From Phaeosaccion multiseriatum (Eukaryota; Protista; Ochrophyta, other classes), in contig OZ218950.1 of assembly GCA_965112735.1 (NCBI GenBank), positions 3,348,001 to 3,412,000 on the forward strand: a stretch of 64,000 nucleotides of DNA, given 5' to 3'. Under the pieces are notes generated by a model. It saw only the letters and a list, made by a program, of their open reading frames with translations, was not told the origin of the DNA and made no database searches. A program made the translations under genes and the position numbers. Of the stretch, positions 1 through 11,719 are shown piece after piece (the first letter of the stretch is position 1; each line of letters opens with the position of its first letter).

Positions 1-330
1 CCTTCCTCCTCTTCCTCCTCCTCCTCCTCCTCCACCACCACCACCACCACCACCACCTCCTCCTCCTCCTCCTCCTCCTCCTCCTCCTCCTCCTCCTCCT
101 CCTCCTCCTCCTCCTCCTCCTCCTCCTCCTCCTCCTCCTCCTCCTCCTCCTCCTCCTCCTCCTCCTCCTCCTCCTCCTCCTCCTCCTCCTCCTCCTCCTC
201 CTCCTCCTCCTCCTCCTCCTCCTCCTCCTCCTCCTCCTCCTCCTCCTCCTCCTCCTCCTCCTCCTCCTCCTCCTCCTCCTCCTCCTCCTCCTCCTCCTCC
301 TCCTCCTCCTCCTCCTCCTCCTCCTCCTCC
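1..330 (+). repeat. (CCT)n microsatellite with a short (CCA)n patch, forming the pyrimidine tract of an intron
   Basis: About 110 tandem trinucleotide units, followed by tgctcgcctAG at 340-341 and an open exon frame. Confidence 0.95.
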
Positions 331-341
331 TGCTCGCCTAG

Positions 342-1505
342 AATTTCCTCAAGACCGACTTCAACCTCGGAAGCACTGCGATGCACTTCTTCTTCACCCT
401 CCCCGCGCGCTTACTTCAGCTCCTGCTCTCCTCCAAGCCATTTCGCACACTTGAGGCCATGTTCATAGGTTGGAATACGCGGCGGCTCGAGGCGCTGCAC
501 TTAAATTTCGGCGATGGCAGGCCCAATCGTGCCTCTCGTCACTGGGCCTCAGGTGACTTCTTTTCCGGTCGCCGCGGTGAGTCGCGAACCTCAAGCCGCG
601 TTTCTGAAACAGCGGACAGCGGTCCCTCCACCAGGGGCGGTGAGTCGAAGAGGCACGACCATAGCAAGAGCAACACCAACTGCAACAGCAACAGCAACAA
701 CGGCCGCAGAACGACAAGAGGCGGCCAGAGAATACGGGTGGTCTCTCTATCATTAGCTGGGTGGCGAAAAAGACGTAGCGTGCGGAAGAGCCACCACAGC
801 GCTCTCCGAGGGAAGACACGAGGAGACGAGAAGGAGGGGTCGTCGATCCAATCACGGCGCAGGGATGAGGCACCTCCGTGCAGCAACCCCCCGGCGCTCT
901 CGGTGAGGCTCAGCCCCGAAGAGGCGTATGCGACCACGGCAGAGGGCAGCGAGGAGGAGCCGGAGACGGGGAAGGAGAGTGCGCTACCGCTGCTGGCGGA
1001 GAGACGAGACAGGCCCTCCGCCGCCGAGCCGCCGCTGGAGGGGGTGGTGGTGCCGTCAGCAACACCGTCGTTCCCGGCATCATCGTCGGCTGTTGAAGGT
1101 GTTGGTGAAGGTGTTGGTGATGATGCTGGTGATGGCGGCCTAGGCTTGGCGACGATGCCGGGCACTCCTCGATCCAAAAGAATGGCGGGCAAGCTTTCTC
1201 GACAGCCCTCCTTCGCCACGGGGGGGGAGGAGGAGCAAGAACGAGAGCTAGGAGAGAGAAACGAACTTGAAGGGTCAGCGGTCACCCGTTCAGAGGCCGA
1301 GGACACACGCGGCCCTCTTCCGCCGCTGACCAGGAGCAGCACCCACCAGCGAAAAGAACAACAACAACAACAACACGATGATGCTGCCGAACCCCTGCTG
1401 CTCCCCACGGACCGTCCTTCGGAGGCTTCAGCACAGCCGCCAAGGAGGACACGTTTGAGCTTGAGCCCATTCAAAGTGTGCCCCCTGGAACCTCCCGCCC
1501 CATGA
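342..1505 (+). CDS. Terminal exon of an unidentified protein (5' part outside window); short ordered segment then low-complexity tail
   Basis: Acceptor AG at 340-341 is in frame with ORF 381..1505 (NFLKTDFNLGSTAMHFFFTLPARLLQ...); no family recognised. Confidence 0.65.
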   Translation, partial: NFLKTDFNLGSTAMHFFFTLPARLLQLLLSSKPFRTLEAMFIGWNTRRLEALHLNFGDGRPNRASRHWASGDFFSGRRGESRTSSRVSETADSGPSTRGGESKRHDHSKSNTNCNSNSNNGRRTTRGGQRIRVVSLSLAGWRKRRSVRKSHHSALRGKTRGDEKEGSSIQSRRRDEAPPCSNPPALSVRLSPEEAYATTAEGSEEEPETGKESALPLLAERRDRPSAAEPPLEGVVVPSATPSFPASSSAVEGVGEGVGDDAGDGGLGLATMPGTPRSKRMAGKLSRQPSFATGGEEEQERELGERNELEGSAVTRSEAEDTRGPLPPLTRSSTHQRKEQQQQQHDDAAEPLLLPTDRPSEASAQPPRRTRLSLSPFKVCPLEPPAP

Positions 1506-2042
1506 GTCGCCGCTTGGCTGTCGGGTTCGACTTCTTGATTGCTTCACTCCTTCGACTGCTTCGACTGGCGTCGGGTGCCGAGCGACCACTTGACCGCGCT
1601 TGGCTTCTGTGAGGCTGTGATTGATTGCTCGTCTCTCTGAGACTCGGCATCGCGGCTCTCGTCCCAATCAAGCAAGACGACGGTGGCACCAAACAGAGCC
1701 ACGACGGCAAGCAATCAAGCAAGCCGACTCGGGCCGCTGTGGGGCTCATCGGCAAGGCGGACTTGTAGTGGTGTGTATACTTTATATATATAGTCACCCT
1801 TATAAACTGAAACTGAAAGTGTGTGTGTGGGTGTGTGAGAGAGAGACAGACGAGAGGGTCATGGTGAGGAGGAGGGGGATCGCGTGCACGATTGGAGAAC
1901 CAAGAGTAGACCCCCCCCGATGATGAAGCGACAACCGCCGAACAAGGGAGAGCTCGCGCCAGGACCGGCATGCCCCTCCACGCAAAGGGCGTGAGGAGGA
2001 GGTGTACTTTATTGACTTAATAGGAATCACCTAAGAAACTGA

Positions 2043-2082
<40 letters not shown>

Positions 2083-2429
2083 GTGTCGCTGTAGGAGGAG
2101 GTGTGTGTACCTCTGGCCATTTGTGAGTTTTCTTTGGATCACCAACGCGAATGCATGTTCCACCATGTTGCGCTCCAGCGGGCTCGACACGAAAGATCGA
2201 TTCGCCGCAGGATCCTGGCTGGCATCAACTTTATGCCAATCATAGTCTAAGTTCCCCCGGGCGGTGAGACATTACTTTTAGACAATCATAGATGGCACTT
2301 AAAGGCATCCACTTTTTGCTTTTTTCTCTTCCACCCGGCCGCATGGATGATCCGAGCTGTTGCTCGTAGCGGCCCCCCCAATGTGAGCGTAACTTGAAAA
2401 AAGTATTGCAGAGGAAAACACTTCAAAAC

Positions 2430-5400
2430 ATGGCGAAAAGAAGTCTCGCATGCTGTGGGTGGCTTTGTGGTCGGGGAGAGAAGCCGGAGCACAAAGAAGG
2501 GGCAGCAGTAGCAGCAGTAGGGGGTGAGCAAGGTGGGTTATGCCGACCGTTTTCGGCCCCGAGTTGGTGTGAGACCGCCACCCTCCGGAAAATACCTCCG
2601 TCTCCCCACGCGGCTGCTGCTCCCTCCTACCCCAAGACTCTCTTACCCCACCTTGCTAGACTAAAAGCGTGTCGTAATCGTCCTGTTTTAATCGGTGGGG
2701 CTGGAAAATTGTTTCTTTTGCTTGAATACTGCCCTGCTCTCTCCCCTCGCCCACTGTGGAGCCTTGCTGCCGCCTTCTCTACTTTGCCAGTCGATGGCTG
2801 TCGCTGACCTTCTCCGCAACATCTTTTTTCTCAGGAGCGGCGCCCAAGGCGGAATTTATTAGAGAGAGCCGCCCCGCCACTCACAATGTCGCTCTTCAGC
2901 ACGGGGAGGCGGGAGCAGCTGAAGGCCCCGCGGGTCGTGGGCGCAGTGTCACGCCAGAGGACAAAGGAGGACTGCAACGGCACGAGAATAAGGAGAAGCT
3001 TGTACATGAGGTGGAGAAGGAGGTGAAGGACCGCAATAGTGATGAGGAGGGCAGGAAGGAGAGCATGGAGGAGGAGGAGGAGGAGGAGGAGGAGGAGGAG
3101 GAGGAGGAGGAGGAGGAGGACGGGATGAGTGATGGGGGGGACAGGAGGGCGAAAATTGAAGGGGAGGAGGCGGAAGAGCTCGGGAAGAATGGGGTAGCAG
3201 AGGCAGACAGAGAGGAAAATGGAAGGTCAGGCTTCTCTGAAGGGAAAGAGAAGGGGGCGCGGCAAGAACAGCAGCAGCAGCAGGAGCAGCAGCAGCCAGG
3301 TGAGGCGGGGGAGGGGGGCGAGAGCGACGTGACGTTGGAAGCCACAACGGATTCGGAAGGCATAGGCCTAGCGGTCACCGCTACGTCGACCAAGATGACT
3401 ACAGCGGGAGGCAGGAGGCCATTGGTCCGAAGTGGGAGCTCCTCTGTACGCCCGAACAACCGCAAGCCGACACGAATGTGGAGCTCGACTTCCGCGCTCG
3501 AGCTGCCCCCCACCTCCTCCACCGAGTATGCCCCCACCGCTTCTCCAGAGGAGATCCGCGACGCTGAGCTGTGCAGGTACATCCGCCGGTGGGGCGTTGA
3601 TGTGAGCGAGTGGGACCTTTCCAAGGACCAGTTGGAGACTCTGGAGGCCTCGCTACCGCCAGAAGAGCGCGCTGCGTGCAAGCGGTTCTTGAAGAGCCAG
3701 GTGCGTCGTTGTTCGTGTTTTCGGGGAGGAGGGGAGAGGACCGGCTGGTGATGGTGAAGGCGATGGGTGATGATCGTGTGTGGTGATGATGATGGTGGTG
3801 GTGGTGGTGGTGGTGGTGGTGGTGGTGGTGGTGATGAGGCTCGAATCTTACTTTGTCAAATGGTTTCTTTCGGAAGATTTCGAACACTGGCGTTGCGAAG
3901 GCCGGTCAAATTTGATCCCATCCCTCTTCTTCTCTCTTTGTCAAATGTGAGCTCCTGGAGGAGAGGATCCACTTCCCAGTCTGCCACCCAACACCCTTCC
4001 AAACCTCCTGAGCATACTTCCATGCTCAATGCCATTCGACACTTGATGTGAACAGGACCGGAAACTGGCCCTTGGTAGTCGCCTACTTCAACGCGCTCTG
4101 TGCTCGGAGCTCTTCCACCTGCCCGCCGCAGACGTTCGGATAGGACGCACGCCCCACAAGAAACCGTACTTTGAGGGCCTTCAGGCCTCGCTCAAGGACC
4201 TGAACAAGAGGATGGGGGAGAGAAAAAAGGCCGAGCCCGAGGCCGGAGCAGCGCGCAAAAGCATGAGCGCCCAAAACTTGTACAGCACTGCTCGCCCGCC
4301 TCCCCCATCTGCTCCTGCTGCTCCTGTGCCGCCGCAGTCGCGTTTGTCGCCGGCGTTGAAATTCTTTGGGAGTCTCAGGCAAGCAATGACCAAACAACTT
4401 TCAAGTGAGAAGAAGGGGGTGGTGAAGCAGCAAGATCCGTCCGAGCTCTTGTGCAATTGGAACTACAACGTTAGTCATCAGGTACGGAGTATACGAAGGT
4501 TGGGGGGGGGGAGGGGAGGGGAGGGGAAGGAAGAAGAGGGATTGGTTGGTAAGGATATCCATCCGTCTTTTTGTCAGTATAGGCCAAGGCCCCTGCTGCT
4601 CGAAGAATGGTGTGCCCTCTACCCTTCCACTCTGGGCTTTCCGCGTCCGTCACACTCGTCATTTCCTCTTCTTTTGCCCCTCCTCCCCTCTGCGTCCCTC
4701 TTTTCCCCTTCTCTCCCACTCGCTGTGTCCCTCCATCTTTTTGACGTGTTGCTCATCCGTTCTTTTTTCTTCTTCGCTGGTTCTGTGGCGTTCGTTCATC
4801 CGTCCTTTCTCCCTTCCTTCCTTCCCTCCCTTCCTTCCCTCCTTTCTGTCTTCCGTCCCTCCTTCCCTCCTTCCCTCCTTCCTTCCTTTCTTCCTTCCTC
4901 CCCTTCCTTCCTTCCTTTCCTCCGTTCCTTCCTTCCTTCCTTCCCTTCTTCCTTGCCTTCCTTCCTTCCTTCCTTCCTTCCTTCCTTCCTTCTTTTCTCG
5001 TGTATGCAACAATAGGGAGATTGGGTGGTCATCTGCTCCGAGGCGGTGATGATGTGCGGAGTGGACGTGGTAGACTGCGCAGCCCCCATCCGCAAGGGAG
5101 AGACGGTCAGCTCATACCTCAAAACCTTTGAATCGTACTTTACCCCAAGCGAGTGGCTCGTCATTCGAGGCGGCAAGACGGGCGCCGATCAAATGAGAGA
5201 GTTCCACAGTCATTGGGGCTTCAAAGAGGCATACATTAAGGCGACTGGGCAAGGATTAGGCTTTGACATTAATCGCCTGTCCTTTACATACACGGACGAC
5301 ACTCGTACGGAGGCGGTGGTAAGGGTGGACGGGAGGCTGAGAAAAGACTGGAGCTTCGAGCTGCTGCCCCTGCGAGACGGCTACAAGGTGTGTGCGTGTG

Positions 5401-5872
5401 CGTGTGCGTGTGTGGGTGGGTGCATGTGGGTGGGTGGGTGGGTGGGTGCGTATGTGTGTGTGCGTGTGTATTTGCGTATGTGTGTGTGTGTGGGGGGGGG
5501 GGGGGGCGTTCCCACCGTTCTCACCGTTCTGTTCTCCTTCTCTTCTTGTTTCCCCTCTTGTCGTCCTCCCTCTACCCCACCCTCTCTTTTGTCTCCTCCC
5601 CTCTCTTGTGGTCCTCCCCGTGCCCCCCACACCTCTACTTGCGCTGCTTCACGATCATGCAGGTGGCCGTGGCTCGGGGGCCTCCCCAGGACATGTACCC
5701 CCCCGCCTCCTTCATAGTGAAACGTCAAAGATACGATGAGGCCACTTGTCGCATGGGCCTGGGCCTCAAGTCTCCGCCAATGGCAGTGCTCAGCCTAAGG
5801 GACATAGTCTCTGCCGAGACCTGGACCAAGCTAAGCATGGAGGGGGAGGAGGAGGAGGAGGAGGAGGAGTAG
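2430..5872 (+). CDS. AASDHPPT: Sfp-type 4'-phosphopantetheinyl transferase (AASDHPPT/Lys5-like) with long N-terminal extension; exons ~2430-2532, 2835-3700, 4056-4481, 5016-5387, 5663-5872
   Basis: Spliced motifs RWGVDVSEW..PEERAACKRF/DRKLALGSRLL..RTPHKKPYF, NYNVSHQ/GDWVV, GVDVV, HWGFKEAYIKATGQGLG; all junctions GT-AG and phase-consistent. Confidence 0.9.
4800..4995 (+). repeat. Degenerate (CCTT)n microsatellite at the 3' end of PPTase intron 3
   Basis: Direct tandem CCTT/CCCT units before acceptor AG at 5014-5015. Confidence 0.9.
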
Positions 5873-5974
5873 GGCTATATATTGACTTTGGAGGAGGAGG
5901 AGGAGGAGGAGGAGGAGGAGGAGGAGGAGGAGGAGGAGGAGGAGGAGGAGGAGGAGGAGGAGGAGGAGGAGGAG
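5845..5974 (+). repeat. (GGA)n microsatellite interrupted by a 20-bp AT-rich insert
   Basis: GAG units at 5846-5869 and 5890-5974 flank TAGGGCTATATATTGACTTT. Confidence 0.9.
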
Positions 5975-7148
5975 GGCAGGCCTTAGGAGCTCGGGCGTGG
6001 GCAATGCATACGCATTCGCTCCCTTACGCTCCCTCACGAGAGATGGATTTTGCCTCACGAGAGAGAGAGTGTTGAGACACACGGACAGGGCCCCCCCTGG
6101 GGCTGAGGTCGACTTGTGCTGAACGAAGATCAACACGCGGCTAGACTGTGAGCGTGACGGCAGCGTAGAGCGAGGGAGAACGTCGTACAGGATTTTGATT
6201 ACAATATTTGTTGTTTTACCACACACACATATTAGTCCACTGAAGTTGTTGGGCTTTAGAAACTGCCTTCATCCTTCTTCTCCTCCCGACCTTCATAGTT
6301 CTTCTCCTCCCTTTGTGGGAATGTGGTGTCGTCGAGCTTTCACACACAAGTCCTCCAGCAAGGACGGAGGGCACGATCGTGTCACCCTCCTGCTGGGTGT
6401 GATTGGGTCAAATATTTGTCATTTGTCAGTTGTTGTCAAACGCGGGACAGCGAACCCAAGCGGGACAACCTGCGAGTCTCCACTTGTTGCACACGGTGGA
6501 CCTGCTAGGTTGATGAGTTGCTGAATGCGAAGTCAAAGGACTTGGGGGAAGCTTTAGCTTTGGGGGCCCACAGATTGAATGATTGGGTCGTGCTCACAGA
6601 TGGGGGGTGACTTGTTGGCTTGGAAGCTTAGAGCCCCATCCAAGAGGCCACACGTCTCTCTGCCCCTCCCGAGTGTCCCCAAGCCCAAGCAATATCCGAT
6701 GGCGGATGCCCACTGGCAGATTGGAGGTGGTCTTCCGATGACGATGCGAGAGTCCGTCCGCCGCCAGCCCTTCGCTGACCGCGGATGCTCTGCTGAAGAA
6801 CCTCTTGTGTGATTGCGTGTAGTGCACGTCCTTGGCGAGACACGAGAAGGGCAGAGACTACCCATCCCTGACGGGCGGGAGCTCCATCAGAGGGCAAGAA
6901 TACAGCCACTGCTCTCTTTTGCTCTACTCTGCCCTCTGCCATCTGCTCTCCTCGCAGCTCTGTTGGGCTCCCTCTGGCCTTGCTTCGTGGGGCGCATCAC
7001 GACGAGTATGGTACGGCTCGGGAGATCAACTGCGATGCATCTCCACCATTTTCGCGCTTCGCCCCACCACACGCTTTCGAGCAAGGGGGAGACCACCCTC
7101 TGCCCCTCCCTCCCTCACGCCCTCCCTCTTTCCCTCACTGCCTCTGTC

Positions 7149-9010
7149 TCAGCACTGGTCGAGCATTGCTCCACAGCTCATCGCCGAAATGATGTAGAGC
7201 GCCAGAAGCAGTCCAGCAGCGCCCAGAGTGTAGATTTTCACTAATGAATGGCAAAGTACGAGGGTGTGAAGGTTAATGAAACGCACAGGATTGCGCATAC
7301 GCGTGCACACACATACATACACAAACGCACACACATATACACATACACACATCGCGCGCACACACACAGACCCACCTAAACGCTGCATCTCTCTCTCTCT
7401 CTATCTCTCTCTTTGTCCATAACTTCAGTGGCGCCACTCACCCTTCTTCCAGAACAGTGCGTTCTTCAACACCTTAGAGCTCTGCTCGAAGCGGAAGGCC
7501 TGGTGCTGCAAGTCGTCAGTCTTCGACACCAAGAGCTCCTGCAGCGATTACGTAGCATTGGGATGGAGAGTCAGCAAGTCATCAGTCACCCATGTATGCC
7601 ACGTCAGTCAGCCTAGAACGGTGGTCGATCTCAGGTTCCCTCGGCTCTGAACGAGCTTGATGAGGTTTACATGGCCAGACCTCATTCGTGGATGAGCTTG
7701 GGTGCTGAGGTCGCACCTCGGGCCCGCATTCAGGCGGCTTGCCCATGCTTTAATCGACTCCCGCATTCACTCCCTCATCCAACCACTCACTCGACACTTA
7801 CACCCACCCACTCACTCATCCACCCACTCACCAGTTTCTCTCCCCTCTCCAGCACGGTCTCGATGCTCTGTACCATCACGTCTTTCACGTCATCGATTCT
7901 CCGCTTCGCCATCTGCAAAGAGTCCGCATCGGGCCCGTTGAAAGCATCCTGGCCAGCCAAAAGGGCATATCCAAAACACCGACGAATTACGCATTGGGAG
8001 ATTAGCAACACTAGAAGAGAGCTCGCAAAGAATGGGTGAGCACGTTGATGGGCCCTCCTCCTTGCTGTAGAGTGGCGAGAAGTATTCTCCTTCCTTCTTT
8101 CCTCGTCTTGCTTTCTCACCATTCGGCGGTGGAGGATGCGGCCGAAGTCTTCCTGCATGGCGAATGCCACACTGGTGTGAGCCCTCTCCCCGTATGTGGC
8201 CTGAAATCGCCTGGAGATCTCATCCAGATAGGCAAACGGCAAGCGGCGTCGAGACTCCTTCTCCGCCATGCACAAGTACGTTATGAGATCACTCACTATG
8301 AGTGAGAGGGTGTCCAAAGTGCGAGTGAGAGAGGCAGAGAGAGGGGAAGGGAAGGGAGGAAGGGGGGGTGCAAGGGAGAGAAGGAGTGGAGGGTGATGTG
8401 GTGAGGATGACAACGTCGATTCGTAGCTAAAGTATAGAGACGTGAGCCAGAGCGCAGGAGGGGAGGATGGGGGAGTGGAATCAAAAAGGCCCGTCATTCC
8501 CTGTACGTTGCGCGTCCATGGCCCACCCCCCTTCCCCCACAACGTCATCTTCTCTTACCGATGTAGTGGAACACGTATCTGAAAGGGGACAATTTAACAG
8601 GAGCAGTGCAGCGCAGCGTTCAGGGGTTGCTGTTAATGGTTCCTTTCAGGGGTGGACACTCAGTGCTAAGGAGCAGCAAGTCAGAGAATATTTCCGTCAA
8701 GGCTTGATACTCAAGGCCTCCAACCCCCAGCCGAGCAGAGTCCTCACCCGTCATAGACGTACGAGAGCTTCCCATCCTGAGGCGGAATCTTCCCTAGAAG
8801 CACTCTCGTGATTGTGGGGAAATTCCCAGAGGACGCTGAGGAGGAAGAGAGGAGGAGGAGGAGGAGGAGGGAGAGAAGTAAAGTGTAGATCCAAGAGAGA
8901 GAGACAGAAGAGGAGGAAAACATGACAATAGTGTTTCCCACTTGTGTGGACCCACCAGAGTACTCCGCCAGAACGTTCCTTCCCCTCGCGACGACTGAAT
9001 AGACAATCAT
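7149..9010 (-). CDS. VAMP7: Longin R-SNARE VAMP7 (VAMP71-like), ~7 exons including a 20-nt micro-exon
   Basis: MIVYSVVARG..AEYS/ASSGNFPTITR..SYVYD/GYVFHYI/..TYLCMA..RRLPFAYLDEI longin domain; SNARE core IDDVKDVMVQSIETVLERGEKL/ELLVSKT; C-terminal TM KIYTLGAAGLLLALYIISAMSCG. Confidence 0.95.
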
Positions 9011-9273
9011 CGAGACGAAATGGGAGGGAATCGTGAAGAGATTTGTAACGGAACACAAGTTGCGGAACAGGCCCGTTGGTGCACGGAAGTCACAAATGGC
9101 TTTCTTCTCATTTTCTTCTTTCTTTTCCTTCTTTCTCCTTCGCACTCCGGGGGAGATTTGAGAGGGTGCGCATGGGCAAGAAGGAAGGGCGAAGGATGCT
9201 CTTCCACAGGCTTAGGGGGGGGGGGAAGTTATTGCTCGGTTTTGCCTATCTTTACCTCCCACTGTCCGGTGCC

Positions 9274-11719
9274 ATGAGCCTACGACCTCATGCTCAAGTG
9301 TCGTTAGGGGGCCAACCCGTCGCTGCTGCCGTCAACGCAGTCACAAAAGCAGACCAGGCGGAGGTGGTCCAGAGGAAGAAGACGATGGAGGAGGAGGGTC
9401 GCCTTCTTTGGCTGGACGTGATCGAGGACGGCTGCAACTACTGCATCAGGCACCTCGCTGTTGTGGTCTTTCCTGCCGCCAACATCCTGCGGTTGTGGTT
9501 CAACCTAAGCTTGTGCTTTTACGGCGACGAGTTTAGGGTATTTGCCTTCCATCTTCTCGTCTTCAGGCTGGCGGGCTACCAAAAGGTGAGCGTAGCTAAA
9601 GTAGCATTCGTGAGGAAAAAGGGGCGGACCCATAGCCTGTTTCATTCGTCGGTTAGGGGAGGATGGGGGGGGGGGGGGGGAGAATCAGGAACTAATCCCC
9701 AACATAGTATTTCCCGTTCTCCCGTCATTCCCTCATTCCCCTATCCCCCCTTTGTGAATATAAAGGTGACAAGTCAGTGGCAAAAGCTGGTGAAGGACTA
9801 CAGGGCAGCGCGCAATGCAGTGGTGGCCGCCAAGTACCGCGTGCGGCACACCAAGGGCCTGCTGCGGAGGCAGGAGAAGATCAAGAAGTACAAGGAGGCC
9901 ATGATGGTCGATATGCAGGCGGCGATGCAGGACGGTACGCACGTAATATTGATTCAGTCATCTTGCTTACTCCACACACCTCTCTCTAGTGCCTCTGTCT
10001 CAGTGCCTCTGTCTCAGTGTCTCTGTCTCAGTGTCTCTGTCGTGTATGGGGTTTTGTGGGAGGGAGGGAGGGAGGGAGGGAGGGAGGGAGGGAGGGAGGG
10101 AGGGAGGGAGTGGACCAGCGCGCCAAATCTCGGGCATGAAGTCGCGAGGTCGAGTCGAGGGAGGCTGGGGGTCCGCTGTAGTAGTGGCAGCAGCAGTGGT
10201 ATACGCAGCAGCAGGAGGAGCTCTGACTCCTCCCCCCTCCACCCCTCCCGCATCGTTTTGTTTTGTCGCTTCCTTGTGCTGCTGGTGGGCAGGCACGATC
10301 CGAGAGACCGAGGCACTGGCCTTTGGCGGCAAGTACCAAAGTCAGATCGCAGAGATTCAAGAGGTAGAGGCGGAGCTCGCGGCCTACACGAGCTCCATGA
10401 AGGCGCTGAGAAAGGCCATCAGCCTGAAGGTGAGGCAGGAAGGGAGGAAGGCAGGGTGGGAGGGAAGAGGGAGGGGCGCTGTGCTTACTCTGTTGACTTT
10501 GCTCTGCAATGCTAGAGCACTCCTTCGAGCACATGCACATGGGTATTATGAGAATATGTCAAGCTCGGGTATAAAAGTCTCGAACGCATATCCTATTTTG
10601 TCCTTACGGCTTCTCGGCCCGCTCTTTTCCTGCCTGCCCCGTCTCCCACTTTCTCCCTCCCTTCCCCTCCCCCCCCCTTCCTGCTTCCCTCCCTCTTCTC
10701 TCTCCCTCCCCTCCCTTCCCCTCCCCCCCCCTTCCTGCCTCCCTCCAGACGTTCCTCAGCTCCCTAGACGGACTGTACTCGGCTGCCATCACCTCCATCA
10801 CCGCCTCCACTTTTATGACAGCGGGTAAGATTACTCTCGTCCTCACCGCAGAGAGCGAGATCAGGGCCATTTTGATTGCTGTCTTCAAGCCCATCGTCGA
10901 CCCCGTGGGTTTCCGCCTCGAGATGGACGACGGCTACATTGCCACCTCCCAGAACGACGAAGTCTTGCTGTACATCACTATTGCCTCAACCGTGCTGGCG
11001 GGTTTGCTCTACATACTCTTTCAGCACGACGTTGAAGAAGCACTGAGGGTAAGAAGCAGCCCAAGGACTCAAGACACACCCACACACGTACACGTACACA
11101 CAATACATACAAACACACACAGCAACTTGTCGGCCGTTTCTCTGCAGCCCTCTCCTCTCCTCTCCCCTCTCTCCCTTCTCTCTAACAAGTGTATGTACAT
11201 CCCCCATCCTGGTCCTCCTCCTCCTGCTCCTCCTCCTCCTCCTCCTCCTCCTCCTCCTCCTCCTCCTCCTCCTCCTCTTCCCTCTCACAGATGACGATGG
11301 TGCTGGTGGGCTCAGGCGTGGTGACCCAGTACGGGGAAAGGGCCGTCAACCTGGTGCGTAGGCGGTGGCTGCACCAGCGCGTTGTGGTGGGCTCTCCGAG
11401 TTGGCGCTTGGCGCAGATCCTGCTGGCCATGTTCGGCTACCTGCTGCACCGGGCCCCTCCCCAGCCCATCCCCATGATCTGCCTTCCCTTTATCAAGGTA
11501 CGCATTGCCTGCCTGCATGCGTGCCCATATGCCTGCCTGCATGCGTGCCTGCCTGCCCTTATGCCAGCGTTAGGTGAGTTCATCCCGCCCCTTTCCCTCC
11601 GTCTCTCTCTGTCCCCCTCTCTCTCTCCTATCTCTGCATCCCTCCCCGTTCAGTTCCTTGACCAAATCAATGAATTCCTCTGTACTTTTAAGACCACGGC
11701 TGTGGGTTGGTTTAGGTGA
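9274..11719 (+). CDS. Uncharacterised multi-pass membrane protein with a coiled-coil segment, ~6 exons
   Basis: Frame-consistent exons across GT-AG introns; several hydrophobic helices (VLLYITIASTVLAGLLYILF; LAQILLAMFGYLL); no family recognised. Confidence 0.7.

Noticed and set aside
1-330. (CCT)n at the window start as a telomere
   Set aside because: It ends at a splice acceptor in frame with an exon, and similar tracts recur inside other introns.
6000-7140. Short ORFs between the PPTase and VAMP7 3' ends
   Set aside because: No recognisable motif or consistent splice structure; probably UTR or intergenic sequence.
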